From the NCBI RefSeq assembly GCF_001194135.2, contig NC_069007.1, forward strand, positions 20,796,418 through 20,860,417: 64,000 nt of DNA, read 5' to 3'. The position numbers and the translations under genes were made by a program. This document shows positions 39,564 to 52,095 of this stretch, in pieces; the first letter of the stretch is position 1, and each line of letters begins with the position of its first letter. The notes under the pieces are model-generated. The model was not told the DNA's origin. It searched no databases and saw nothing but the letters and a program-made list of their open reading frames with translations. This DNA comes from Octopus bimaculoides. Taxonomy: Eukaryota.

Positions 39564-40214
39564 TTAGAATCTGCATTTTTTGCCATCAAACGATCTGGAT
39601 TTATTTTGTTTTTATTTTCTTTAGCATTTGACGCTTTGGCTTGAATTTTTCATTTAAAAAAAGACAAAAAAAGTAAAATAAAAAAAATGGTTTCAATTAC
39701 AGAACAAACTTGATCTGAAATTATGTGCTGAAAAACTGAAATGATTGCTTTGTAGGATTAGCATGAGAGACATTTAAACCATGCACATCATCTATATATA
39801 TATATATATNNNNNNNNNNNNNNNNNNNNNNNNNNNNNNNNNNNNNNNNNNNNNNNNNNNNNNNNNNNNNNNNNNNNNNNNNNNNNNNNNNNNNNNNNNN
39901 NNNNNNNNNNNNNNNNNNNNNNNNNNNNNNNNNNNNNNNNNNNNNNNNNNNNNNNNNNNNNNNNNNNNNNNNNNNNNNNNNNNNNNNNNNNNNNNNNNNN
40001 NNNNNNNNNNNNNNNNNNNNNNNNNNNNNNNNNNNNNNNNNNNNNNNNNNNNNNNNNNNNNNNNNNNNNNNNNNNNNNNNNNNNNNNNNNNNNNNNNNTA
40101 TTCAAAAGAGACAGAGACTTCAAACTCGATATATCGATTTATTCACCACTCTATGTTAACATTTCTTATGCTATATTGGTAACGGTTGCTACATCCTCTG
40201 GGAAAAAAAAATAA

Positions 40215-40263
<49 letters not shown>

Positions 40264-40409
40264 ATGTATATATATATAAACATGTGCACATGCACACACA
40301 TACCCAAGTAAGGATGTGATTGTGAAAAAAGGTGGAAAAAATAGTACTCAAATACCGGTGGTAGAGTAATATGTTTTATCAGTAAGGCTGCAAAGACATC
40401 ACAAAAATA

Positions 40410-40527
40410 TCACAAAAAACTGCTACTCAGAGTTTCACGTTCCAGTTCGTCGCACAATTGTGATCAGTCTTGATCACAACTGTCTGACGAACTGGAACGT
40501 GAAACTCTGAGTAGCAGCCTTTTGTGA
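40410..40527. repeat. Long inverted repeat (57-bp arms, 4-nt loop)
   Basis: The arms tcacaaaaaactgctactcagagtttcacgttccagttcgtcgcacaattgtgatca and its near-complement differ at 5 positions and have a perfect 32-bp core. Confidence 0.92.
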
Positions 40528-41654
40528 AATTTTTGCAGCTGTAATAATAAAGTGTATATATATAACACCATTTGTAGTTGTTTGTTTTTTTATTCTTGTG
40601 AGATTCAACTCCTCCCATTGCAACTGATCTTTATCTAATAAAGAGATAGATAATCTCTCTGTCTGTTTCTCTGCCTTTTTATTCCCGGTCTGGGAATCGA
40701 AACCGCGAGTCCGCCGCCCTAACCACTGGGCCATTGCGCCTCCACCATAACAACAATAAGAACAATGATAGAGAAATGGAGCAGCGGGAGGTAACTCAGA
40801 AGCGGAAGTGTGCCTAAATAAAGAACTCTTCTGTTGTATAAAATTATCAAAAGTCAGCCTGAGGAAATAGACAACAGTTTCCATAAATAATATTTCTTAT
40901 ATTTACAAAGAGAAAGCAAGCTGTTGCTTTAAAGAGTACATCATGCCACCCGGACACCCGGGGCCAAACCCCTAATTCTACAACCAAAATCACAACAACC
41001 TGTCAATGCTTGAGTTATTGTATCAGCATCGTTATTAGTGTTTATTACATACTGGTTGATTAAAAAACAAACAAACAAACAAAAAAGTGGATGAAGGATA
41101 CGTGGGTTCGAACCCTAAGCAAGAGGGGATAACGGTAAAGTGTGAGTTTGAAGCTTTTTAAACATATGTGTTCGTGGTTTCTTGTTCGTTGGAGTCCTGC
41201 AGGCAAAAATAGGAAAGAAAGTATGAATATATGTATCTTTGTTTGACCATTTTTCACTGGTTGTGTGTGTTTGTGTACATTCGTTTTGTTATGACATTTG
41301 CATAGCGTCGGCTTCGACTTGTCTACTTACGAACGTTCCTTGAAACACGTATATACATATACACAATTATACACGCACGCAATTATACATACACAAGCAC
41401 ACACACTCACACTTATACATGCATAAACACACACACACACAGGTTTGTCGGTGTATGTGAGTGAGATATATAAAGAGACATGGAAAAAAACGTAAGAGCT
41501 GATAACAATGAAGTGACGAGAAAACCTCGACGTGGCCGGTTGTTCGACTTGGAGGTCACAATTGAAACGTCTTTGTGACCGTAGGTCTGCGTTATCAAAG
41601 CCGTTTCGAGGAAAGTAAACAACACCCACTGCTAGCACCACTGTCGCCTGATCC

Positions 41655-41685
<31 letters not shown>

Positions 41686-42826
41686 CCATATCGAACGAGC
41701 GAAGTCGACAGTGTATTCTCTCGACATCGTAGAAATACCAACCGAATCGGTCTCAACTCAAACCTTACTGCCTTAAAGTCACGTTAGTTAATATACTCAT
41801 AGATACATTATTTGAATAAAAAGATGGAATAGTCACGACTGGAAAGACTTTTGATCGTAGATCTCTGCTAGATTCAGGCCTATCTGGGACTAAACAGCCA
41901 CGAAAATACGACTGGACTAACGAGAGAAGCTCTACGCGGTTACTTACAGACAGTCAGTCTAGAGTGTAAGGTGTAATTTCAGTGAATGACACATTAGCTG
42001 ATATATTCCTAGATACACTATGTCGGGGAAGGGAAAGTAAGACGAGATGGCTACCTGTGGAATACCTTTGATCGTCGATCTGTTTGATTAGGAGCGATGT
42101 GGGAATGAACAGCAGGTACAGACACTAAGACATACCTACAAAGAGTTTGTTTCCTCATAACTTTCAGAAAAATGGATATTTTTTTCTTAATGAAATTTTC
42201 CACAAATACCTTTCACGTGATGTAGATTACGACTATATTGGAATTTAATGTGGAAAAAGAAATAAAAATTGGTGTGTACGCACGCATACATTTTGAGGGG
42301 TAGGAGGAAGTTGGTTCCATCAACTCCAGCATTCGGCTCGAACTTATTCTATCGACCCCCAAACGATGAAAGGCAAAATCGACTTTGGCAGAATTTGAAC
42401 TCGGAGCTGAAAGGAATACTGCTAAGTATCTTGTCCGGTTCTACCAGCTTGACACCTTCCCCGCTATTAATAATCTGCTTTCCCGTTGCTACGTTCTGAG
42501 TTCAAATTCTGCTGAGGTCGACTTTGCCTTTCATCCTTTTGGTGGGGGGGTCGATAAATATATATAGATAGATAGATATATTGTTGAGTTAGTCATAATT
42601 TGCCTGAAGATCCTGTGCCCCTACCTACTGGTGAAACTCAGAGTAGCAAGAGACTGACTTGATCAAAATAATATTTATTATTAATCTCTTTTATGGTGTT
42701 GAGTAATCTTTCCTCTCGCATTCAACATAGAATGGATATACATGTGTCTGTGTGTGTGGTTGCGTATAATACATGTATATTGGCAAAAAGAAATATTGAT
42801 CAGTATCAATAACATTATTGTCATCA

Positions 42827-42858
<32 letters not shown>

Positions 42859-43460
42859 TTCAACAGCTGCTACATCGACGCAATTAAGATCACAGTGCGC
42901 GACAATTACAGAACGTAAGCACCAGCAGGGACAAGAACAACAACAACAACAACAACAGCAGCAGCAGTAGAAGTGGCAACAGCAATCAAGAAGAATAATA
43001 AAGACCTCTTTCTCTCCCCCTGTCTCTGTCTGTGATATATATATATATATATATATGTAGGTAGATATATATATATATNNNNNNNNNNNNNNNNNNNNNN
43101 NNNNNNNNNNNNNNNNNNNNNNNNNNNNNNNNNNNNNNNNNNNNNNNNNNNNNNNNNNNNNNNNNNNNNNNNNNNNNNNNNNNNNNNNNNNNNNNNNNNN
43201 NNNNNNNNNNNNNNNNNNNNNNNNNNNNNNNNNNNNNNNNNNNNNNNNNNNNNNNNNNNNNNNNNNNNNNNNNNNNNNNNNNNNNNNNNNNNNNNNNNNN
43301 NNNNNNNNNNNNNNNNNNNNNNNNNNNNNNNNNNNNNNNNNNNNNNNNNNNNNNNNNNNNNNNNNNNNNNNNNNNNNNNNNNNNNNNNNNNNNNNNNNNN
43401 NNNNNNNNNNNNNNNNNNNNNNNNNNNNNNNNNNNNNNNNNNNNNNNNNNNNNNNNNNNN

Positions 43461-46400
43461 AACCGACGTTTCTATGTCAGATCAAGTCTTGGTGAAGGGT
43501 ACGTGTTGTTGTTATTATTATTATTATCACCATCGTCGTCATCATCATCATCATCATCTGAAAGCTCACAGCTTCTATTGCTGGGTAAGATGGAAAGTGT
43601 CAGCTGTCCACAGCCAGCAGACTAAGGTGACACTTGTTTTACTGGTCATGCTTGAAGAACCCTGCGAAGAACTCTTGCAGTTCCAAGCAATGCTGACTTT
43701 TGGAGGTGTTCTACCTTCACACTTGCACCGATCTTTTTCAGCCATGCTGGTAGTTGAGTGCCGATACTTCCAAATGCACCAATTATTATTGGTATCATGT
43801 CTACTCTCCTCATTGACCACAACCTTCATATTTCCCACTTTAAATCGTCGTAGTTATTTATTTTCCCTTCTTTCACATTGATCCTGCTGTCACCAGGGCA
43901 TGCTCTGTCGATTATCATGCATGTTCTTTCTTTTTTATTCACCACAACAATGTCCGGTTTCTGATGACTGGTCAGGTGATTGCACTGGATCATTGCATTC
44001 CACAGGATTTTGCAATTTTCATTCTTGGTGACTCCTTCTGGGGTTTGTTCATCCAACGTCTTTGCTCTTTGTAGGCCGTGATTTCCACAGAGCTTCCAAT
44101 GGATCATTCTTGCCGCATTGTCATGGCATCGTTTGTATTTGCGTTGTGCCAATTTCACGATTGTGGCCGTCGGGCACAGGCATTATTAAATGCATCTATC
44201 TGGGCCATGATCATGACCTGTCGACCTGTGCCCGATGGCCACAATCGTGGCCTATTGTGCTTTGTGTTAAATTTAAATGTAAATTAAAAGTCATGAAATG
44301 CTACTTCACCATACTCCTTATTATGTGTGAGTGAGTGTATGGTTGTGTCTGCTTTTAATTTAATCTAGTTAATTTTTTCCAATCAGCGGATTTAGTCTGG
44401 TCGACTTGATCGAAGATGCACGAAGCCACAAAAATTTTGCTCTGAAGAGGATCAAGTGCCACTCAAAGGATGACGAAAACATTGCTCTGCACGAAGTGAA
44501 GGTGATGAAATTGTTTAAGCATCCACACATAGTTCCTTTAATTGAGTATATGCTCGTGCCAGCCAGCAAGTTCGTCCAAAATACAGACATTTACAGTGAG
44601 TTACATATCGTCATGCCATATTATTCAGTAAGTATTAAATACCCTTTTTTTATATATGTGTGTGTGTTTGGGTGCGTGCGTGTGTGTGTGTCTGTATCTG
44701 TGTTTGTGTGTGTAGGTGTGTATGTATGTTTGTATGTGTGTGTGAAGGTGTGTACGTGTCTGTGTGTTTGTGCGTGTAGGTGTGTATGTGTCTGTGTGTG
44801 TATGTATGTTTGTGTGTATGTGTATGTATGTTTGTGTGTGTGTCTATATGTGTGTGTGTAGGTGTGTATGTGTCTGTGTGTATGTATGTTTGTATGTGTG
44901 TGAATGTGTCTATATGTGTGTTTGTGTGTGTGTATGTGTCTATGTGTGTATGTATGTTTGTGTATGTGAGTGTATGTCTGTGTCTCTGCAAGTATGTGTC
45001 CCCGAGTGTGTGTGTATGCATGTGTCAGTGTGTGTGTATCTATGTGTATGTTGATCTTGCTGTTGTTTAACCCCAGGTCAGCCCTGATCCAGCAGACCCG
45101 TATGATTAAAGATATTCCATCCATGACCATCCCGTCTTTTATTCGGACATAGTGTATCTAGGATTACATCATCTAATGTGTTTTTCCTTGTCTTTGTTGT
45201 TGTTGTTTAGCCCCAGGTCATCTTCATCCAGCAGACCTGCACGATCAAAGACAATCCATATATGACAATCCCATCTCTCTTTGTCTCTTCTCTATTTCAG
45301 CGAGGTTCACTTCAGGACCGAATCGAGATGCTTGCTAGAAAAGGGGATCACATCCACGAGGACCGTTTATGGGAGATCTTCTTTGGGATTTGCGAAGGTT
45401 TAAAGGCCATGCACAGCCACACCCCCCCCTATGCCCACAGGTTAGTTTCACAGTCTCTCTCTCCTCTATCATCATCATCAGCAGCAGCAACAACAACATC
45501 ATGGTGATCTCATATCAAGATAAATAGCCCTCGACCTTGCAGGTGGAGCCCAGTTAGAATTTTCTTCAGGTCAAGTAGCCCATCCCGCTCAAAAGGTCCC
45601 TGCAAAAGAGTTAAGGATGATGAACAAAACACTCATGTTTCCAGAGGTGAATTATTCAAACCCCAAAGAATTCCTCTCAACACATGGCTATGATGCTCCC
45701 CCACTACTTCTGCTAGTGATCAGAGATTCACATATCGTCAGCCACCAAGGAACATGCTCAACTGGTTAAGGTCAAACAACTGACAAGCAAATCTGTGGTA
45801 TTGAGCAGAATATTTGCTGTAGCCCATCTTTTTATACCAAGACAAAACAATGTACATGATAACACTTCCAATCCGTTAAGATGAGAGCCACTGCCTGTTA
45901 CTGCATCTATTATTATTATTATTATTATTTACTTGTATATAATAATTAACTATGTAATAATTGTATTTGCTCAGGGACCTGAAGCCTGCTAACATCATGT
46001 TTGCTGATAACAACTGCCCCGTCCTCATGGATCTCGGGTCATCAGTAATGGCCAGAACAGAAATAAAGACCATGTCAGAGGCTCGGACCCTCCAGGTAAT
46101 TAACACTGGTCTTCCTCATTTATTTCCGTTATACCTTCCAACAAATTGCTACACAAGTTGTTGATGTTGTTTAGGCCTCTGCAAGCTCTTGTCACGCAGA
46201 CCTTATGACCTGGGTGGTTAAGAAGGTCACTTCCCAGCCACGTGCTTTCAGGTTCAATCCCTTGGAGCAACACTTGGGTAAGTGTCTCCTAGGGAAGCCC
46301 CCAGGCTGAGCAGAGCTTTGCGAGTGGATTTCATAGATGGAAACTGAGAGAGGCAAGTCACATAATGAGAGATATACACACACACACACACACACACGTG

Positions 46401-48604
46401 TGCCAAAACTTGAAACCACTATTATTATTATTATTGTTGTTGTTGTTACCCAGGATGTAGCTGCTGAACGCTGTTCAATGCAATACCGTGCGCCAGAGCT
46501 GTTCAATGTGGAGAAAGGATCTTGTATTGATGAGCGCACTGATATTTGGGTAAGGCTCTTGAAATCCTTCATCTTGTTTACCGTATTGTTCACTTTAATT
46601 CCTGGAAGAGGCACCATATTTCGGTTAAGCAACCACAATATACTACTGAGTATCGATTTATATTTTTCTATCTTCAATGACATTGATTACATCATCATCA
46701 TCGTTTAACGTCCGTTTTCCATGCTGGCATGGGTTGACTGGGGACAGATGGCTGCACCTGGCTCCAATCTGATCTGGCAAGGTTTCTACACTGTTATACA
46801 AGCATACATTTCCTAATCTTCCATGAAAACCTGTCTGGCCTTGAGGGAAACATTACCTCCTTGCATGAGGGTTGATTACAGGAAGGGCACCCAGCTGTAG
46901 AAAATATGCTGCAGAGAATTCTGTCCAACCTATACCAGCATAGAAAAGGAAGCGTTAAAACGATGATAACAACTATGATGATGATGATGATATGTTTATT
47001 AAAAACATTAAATATTCATTCTATCTTGGTTTTCCTTTTTTTTTTTTTTGTGTCTTCCAGTCCTTAGGTTGTCTGCTGTATGCCTTGGCTTTTCTCGAGT
47101 CTCCTTTTGAACAGGATTACCAAAGAGGGAACAGCATAGCTTTGGCAGTGCTTGGTGGAAATATTAAATTCCCAGAAAATCCACAGTAAGTGTTGTTGCC
47201 ATTTAACCTCCCGCCATTCCATCACCAGTTCACATCTATGAAGAGATAATATTACATACCATAACCAGACCATTTCTCAACATTTACTCTATCCATTGCG
47301 TCCTTCCTTTTTAAGCTAGTAGAACTTGATTGAATAGTGATTTGACTGCTATTTTCATTAATATTATTATTATTATTATTATTATTGTCTCTCTATAAGG
47401 TGACGAGCTGGCAGAATTGCTAACACGTTGGACAAATTGCAGTCCCCAGTCAAACCATCCAATATTTTAGCCATCTTTATGTTCTGACTTCAAATTTCGC
47501 TGGGGTCGATAAAATAAGTACTAATCGATCCTGTCCCATTGATCATATCAGCTGGGACCTTCGTCGTCGTAACCAACAAGAGTGTTCCACCACCTCTCAA
47601 CTGGTACTTAGTTTATCAACCCCAAAAGGATGAACGGCAAAGTCAGCTTCGATGGAATTTGAGCTCAGAACATAGCGACAGGTGAAATACCACTAAGCAT
47701 TTCGTCCAGCTTGTCGCCTTAACCCTTTAGTGTTTGCATTATTCTGCCAAAATTAATGCTTTTTCATCCACATGGTTTTGAACTAATCATGCATTATNNN
47801 NNNNNNNNNNNNNNNNNNNNNNNNNNNNNNNNNNNNNNNNNNNNNNNNNNNNNNNNNNNNNNNNNNNNNNNNNNNNNNNNNNNNNNNNNNNNNNNNNNNN
47901 NNNNNNNNNNNNNNNNNNNNNNNNNNNNNNNNNNNNNNNNNNNNNNNNNNNNNNNNNNNNNNNNNNNNNNNNNNNNNNNNNNNNNNNNNNNNNNNNNNNN
48001 NNNNNNNNNNNNNNNNNNNNNNNNNNNNNNNNNNNNNNNNNNNNNNNNNNNNNNNNNNNNNNNNNNNNNNNNNNNNNNNNNNNNNNNNNNNNNNNNNNNN
48101 NNNNNNNNNNNNNNNNNNNNNNNNNNNNNNNNNNNNNNNNNNNNNATGATAATAATAATAATTAATTCGTTTTATTGGCCACAAGGGCTAATATAAATTA
48201 AAATCATGTAAGGACTAAGACAGGACGAAGGTTACAAAAGGTTTTGTCTGAAAAGTAGAAAAACGTTCGTGTAAACAGAGGAAAAGAACGGAGAAAGATA
48301 TAACAAATAAATAAAATTCCCAATAGGGGGAGGCGCTTCGTAAAAGAAAAGGTTACACGTGGAAAAACCCATAAAACCACGGGAGCTGGTCAGAAAAAAT
48401 AAGAAAGGGGTATAGAGCCCTTTCTCCTTTTACATTACCTTTTTTCCCTACATTGTTGTTTTGATTGCTTTCAGTTACTCAAAACATCTGGAGATGACAG
48501 TGCAGAAACTGATGGCTGTGAATCCGATGGAGCGTCCGTTTATTGAACAAGTGTGCCAAGTGGTGAGCGTGGCCAGGACAGACAATGCAGGACACACAAT
48601 GTAA
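43461..48604 (+). CDS. STK16: Serine/threonine kinase 16 (MPSK1, NAK family); 5'-partial because the start is in the gap 43079-43460; exons <43461-43498, 44387-44627, 45301-45440, 45975-46095, 46454-46549, 47061-47185, 48475-48604
   Basis: The spliced translation gives NRRFYVRSSLGEG|GFSLVDL...FALKRIKCH...YAHR|DLKPANI...VLMDLGS...AAERCSMQYRAPELF...IDERTDIW|SLGCLLYA...GNSIALAV...|...ERPFIEQV...*. The DLG motif in place of DFG is typical of STK16. Splice phases are consistent. Confidence 0.94.
43520..44158 (-). mobile_element. 5'-truncated non-LTR retrotransposon with a restriction-like endonuclease (R4/Dong-like), in STK16 intron 1
   Basis: The minus strand translates as ...RCHDNAARMIHWKLC...KILWNAMIQCNHLTSHQKPDIVVVNKKERTCMIIDRACPGD...YDDLKWEI*RLWSMRRVDMIPIIIGAFGSI...LQKSALLGTARVLRRVLQA*. 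This is the PD-(D/E) RLE-type C-terminus with one internal stop. It ends in a (GAT)/(TAA) simple-repeat tail. Confidence 0.82.
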
Positions 48605-48659
48605 AGAGGTAGCAGCAGAAGGGACTTTGCTGGGTGTGATGTGTGACTTGTCTTCACGT

Positions 48660-49150
48660 ACAACATGTCTGCCTGTGTAAATGATGTGACTGGTGTAGTT
48701 CTACAGCACATACACGTGCAGTTGTGAGTGATGTGTCTCTACAGCACACGTGTGTCTGCCTGTCTGATTGATGTGTCTCTACAACATACATACACATGTT
48801 CACCTGCATGATTGATGTGAATGATGTCTCTCTACAACATACACACACATGTCTACCTGCATGAGTGGTAGGAATGATATGTCTTTACAGCATATATACA
48901 CACCTGTCTACCTGCATGAGTGATGTGAATAATGTCACTACAGCATACATATACAACATTCCTACCTGCATGAGTGATGTGGTTGATGTGTTACTATGGT
49001 ATACATAGCATGTCTACCTGCATGAGTGATGTGAATATGTCACTACAGCATACATACACATCTACTTGTGTGAGTGATGTGAATGATGTGCCTTTACAGC
49101 ATATATACACATGTCTACCTGCATGAGTGGTGTGAATGATGTGTCTTTAC
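48660..49150 (+). repeat. Degenerate ~51-54 bp minisatellite (about 9 units) immediately after the STK16 stop codon
   Basis: Consensus approximately tacagcatatacacatgtctacctgcatgagtgatgtgaatgatgtgtct. Confidence 0.9.
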
Positions 49151-49909
49151 GTTTGTGAGTAATATTCTGTGTGCATAAGGTGAAAACGAGGGAAATGAGG
49201 CTGAATGCGAACATGTGTGTGTGTGTGTTATGTACATTTCAAATGATACAATTTGCCAACGAAAGACAAAATGAGGATTCAATACAGGATGTAAAATTTG
49301 TTGTTTTTTTTTGTTTCTTTTTTTCAAAATTTAATTATTTTTTTTCTTCACAATGAAATTTGGAAGGAAACGCTTATCCTTATGTTCTTCCATTTAAAAA
49401 CCTTTGTGAACGACACCTGCAAAACTCACAAGGATTTTCCAAAAGAAGATATTCAGACTGTGGCTATTTCAAAAGTAACCCCGGCTGAGTTTTCTAGCAT
49501 GTGAGCAGAAATGAGCCACCCTGAGTACTGGAAGGCAGAGCTTTTCAGTTATAATGTATTAACAAATACTCTACATTTGTATTGAATCCCATTACTTATT
49601 GCTTCTGGTGAATCAACAGAGATTTATAAATATACACATATCGTCGTTTATATAGAGGCACAGACATGATTCTTTGTATAAGAAGTTCATTTCTCAACTT
49701 TGTGGTTTCAGGTTTGTTCCCCACCCCTGTATGTATGTACCTACCTCCCTACCTACAGTGTTAAATTTATGCTGGGTGTTGTAGTTTTTTTTTGTGGCTA
49801 TCATGTATGTATTTGGTTTGCAAATTGGGGCTTTGCAAGGTTTTTCCACAAAATTACACATTCCAAATCTGTTATAGAATTCTTATATAATCTCTATCCC
49901 TCTCCCCTG

Positions 49910-49946
<37 letters not shown>

Positions 49947-50699
49947 ACATGCATATATATTATTGTATAAATAATAGATATATAATTTTTTGTATATATT
50001 GTATATTATTTATTATATATAATATATATTAATATGTGTATGTGTGTGTGTTTATATATATATATACATATATATATATGCAATCACTTTCACATCCTGG
50101 CACTTTTTCCTTCTCCATCCAGCAGTTGGGTAAGCCTTTGGTAGAATTCTTTTGTGAATTCCAGCATTGTTCCTACGATGTTTTTATTACTGGTATTAAC
50201 GAAACACACCATCCCATTGTTGATCTGTTCATTGCCCCCCCCCCTCAAAACCGGTCTCCGTCCCCACCGCCATCTGGTGGAGGATGGCTAGATAGAATAA
50301 ATAAGCAGTCACAGAATCCTTAGTCTGCTTCTGCCCCTGTCTTCCACCCTTTATTTTTCCCCCCCACCCCTTTGATTTGGTCACCTCTTCGAAAAAAAGA
50401 AACTCTTTGTGATATCTTTATATAACCTTCCAATGTGACAAGGACATTATTGTCGCTGGGCTAATCACTGAAAATACCTATTGTGTATTCGTTATTACTA
50501 TTGGTGTTATTATTATTATTATTATTATTTGCTAAAATGAATACCAGTTAAGTCCAGGTGAAAAAGCAAGGCATCGGTAACATTAATCCCATCCCTCCCT
50601 GCTCGGTAAACCTGTAAAATATTTGTGGTTTTGTGCTTAATGTGAGAAAATATTGTAATAATAATTATCATTATTATTAATAGTAGTATTAGTATTGTT

Positions 50700-51480
50700 A
50701 TTATCAAAGGTGACCAGCTGGCTGATTTATTACCTTAGTAACCTGCTCTTTAATGTTCCGAGTTCAAATTCTGCCAAGGGTGTCTTCGCCTTTCATCCTT
50801 TTGGTGGGGTGGGGGTCGATAAATAAGTACCATCCCCCTAAAATTGCTGGCTTTGTACCAATTGTAGAAAGAGTTATTGTTAATATTATTATTATTATTA
50901 TTATTATTAAGGTGGTGAGCTGGCAGAATCATTAGCACGCCAGGCAAAATGCTTAGTGGTATTTCGTCCATCTTTACATTCTAGGTTCAAATTCTGTTGA
51001 GGTTAACTCTACCTTTCATCCAGTCAGGGTCAATAAAATAAGTACCAGCTGCGTACTGGGTTGAAGTAATCGACGAGCCCGCTCCTTCAAATTTTCAGGC
51101 CTTGCATGGTTGGCAGACTATTGAGTGTCGGACAAAATGCTATGTGGTATCTCGTTTGTTTTGAGTTCAAATCCCGCCGAGGCCAACATTGCTTTCCATC
51201 CTTTCAAGGTTGCTAAATTAAAGTACACTGTTCTCTCACTCAAAATTTGTTAGCCTTGAACCTAGTTTAGAAACAGCAAGGGCAGTGGATTGACAGAATC
51301 ATTACAACATCAGCAAAAATGCCTTGTAGCGTTTGTTTCAATTCTCTACATTCCGAGATCAAATCCTGCTGAAGTCAACTTTGCCGTTCATTTTTTTTTT
51401 TTTTTTTCTCAAGGTCAATAAAGTACCTGCCAAGTACCGGAGTCTGTGCTATTGATTAATCCAAAATTACTGGCCTTCTG
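50700..51480 (+). mobile_element. Tandem cluster of about 4 copies of the same SINE between the STK16 and BCS1L 3' ends
   Basis: Heads such as aaggtggtgagctggcagaatc follow (ATT)n tracts, and the central tttcatcc...taaaataagtacc block is repeated. Confidence 0.75.
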
Positions 51481-52095
51481 TCTTGATTAAAAGCAATTAT
51501 TATACCTTTTTTTTGGTGACAGGTGTATTATTTAATTATGCGATGTTGATATTGTTTTTTTAATTTTCATTTTTGGCTGGGATAAATGATTGGTCTTGTA
51601 ATTAATAATATATTATTTATTTATCAAATATTTTGTTTCTTTTGAAGAAATAAAAATTTTTTTTAAAAAAGCAGATATTATAGCAATGGCTATCTTGTAT
51701 ACAATAATCTCGTCTCTTTGTGTTATTGATTCAGAGGTTTACGGTATCAAGCTGGCAGAAATGGCAGTGTCATTTGTTTCCATTCTTCTGTGCAAAATCA
51801 TTTCTAGATATGAGACAATAAGGAACTATAACCTTGCTTGGAAACAGGTGACAGTAACAGGCAACAGATCCAGGTGTAGGAAAAAAACTGTCCCATACAG
51901 CATGGAAAAACGGACATTAATGTGATGACAATGATAATGGTCAACCTCACTCGTACCAGTGGCACAATAAAGGCACCCAGTACACACTGTAAGGTGGTTT
52001 GGTGTTAGGAAAAGCACCCAGCTATAGAAACCATGCCTAAACTGACACCAGAGGTTGGCACAAACACATGGAAATTTTAAATAATGTTTTCAAAA

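Noticed and set aside
44621-45130. Several long overlapping ORFs in STK16 intron 2
   Set aside because: This is a compound (TG/TA)n microsatellite with no stop codons and is not coding.
48660-49150. CRISPR-like repeat-spacer interpretation of the minisatellite
   Set aside because: The genome is eukaryotic, the units are wholly homologous with no unique spacers, and there are no cas genes.
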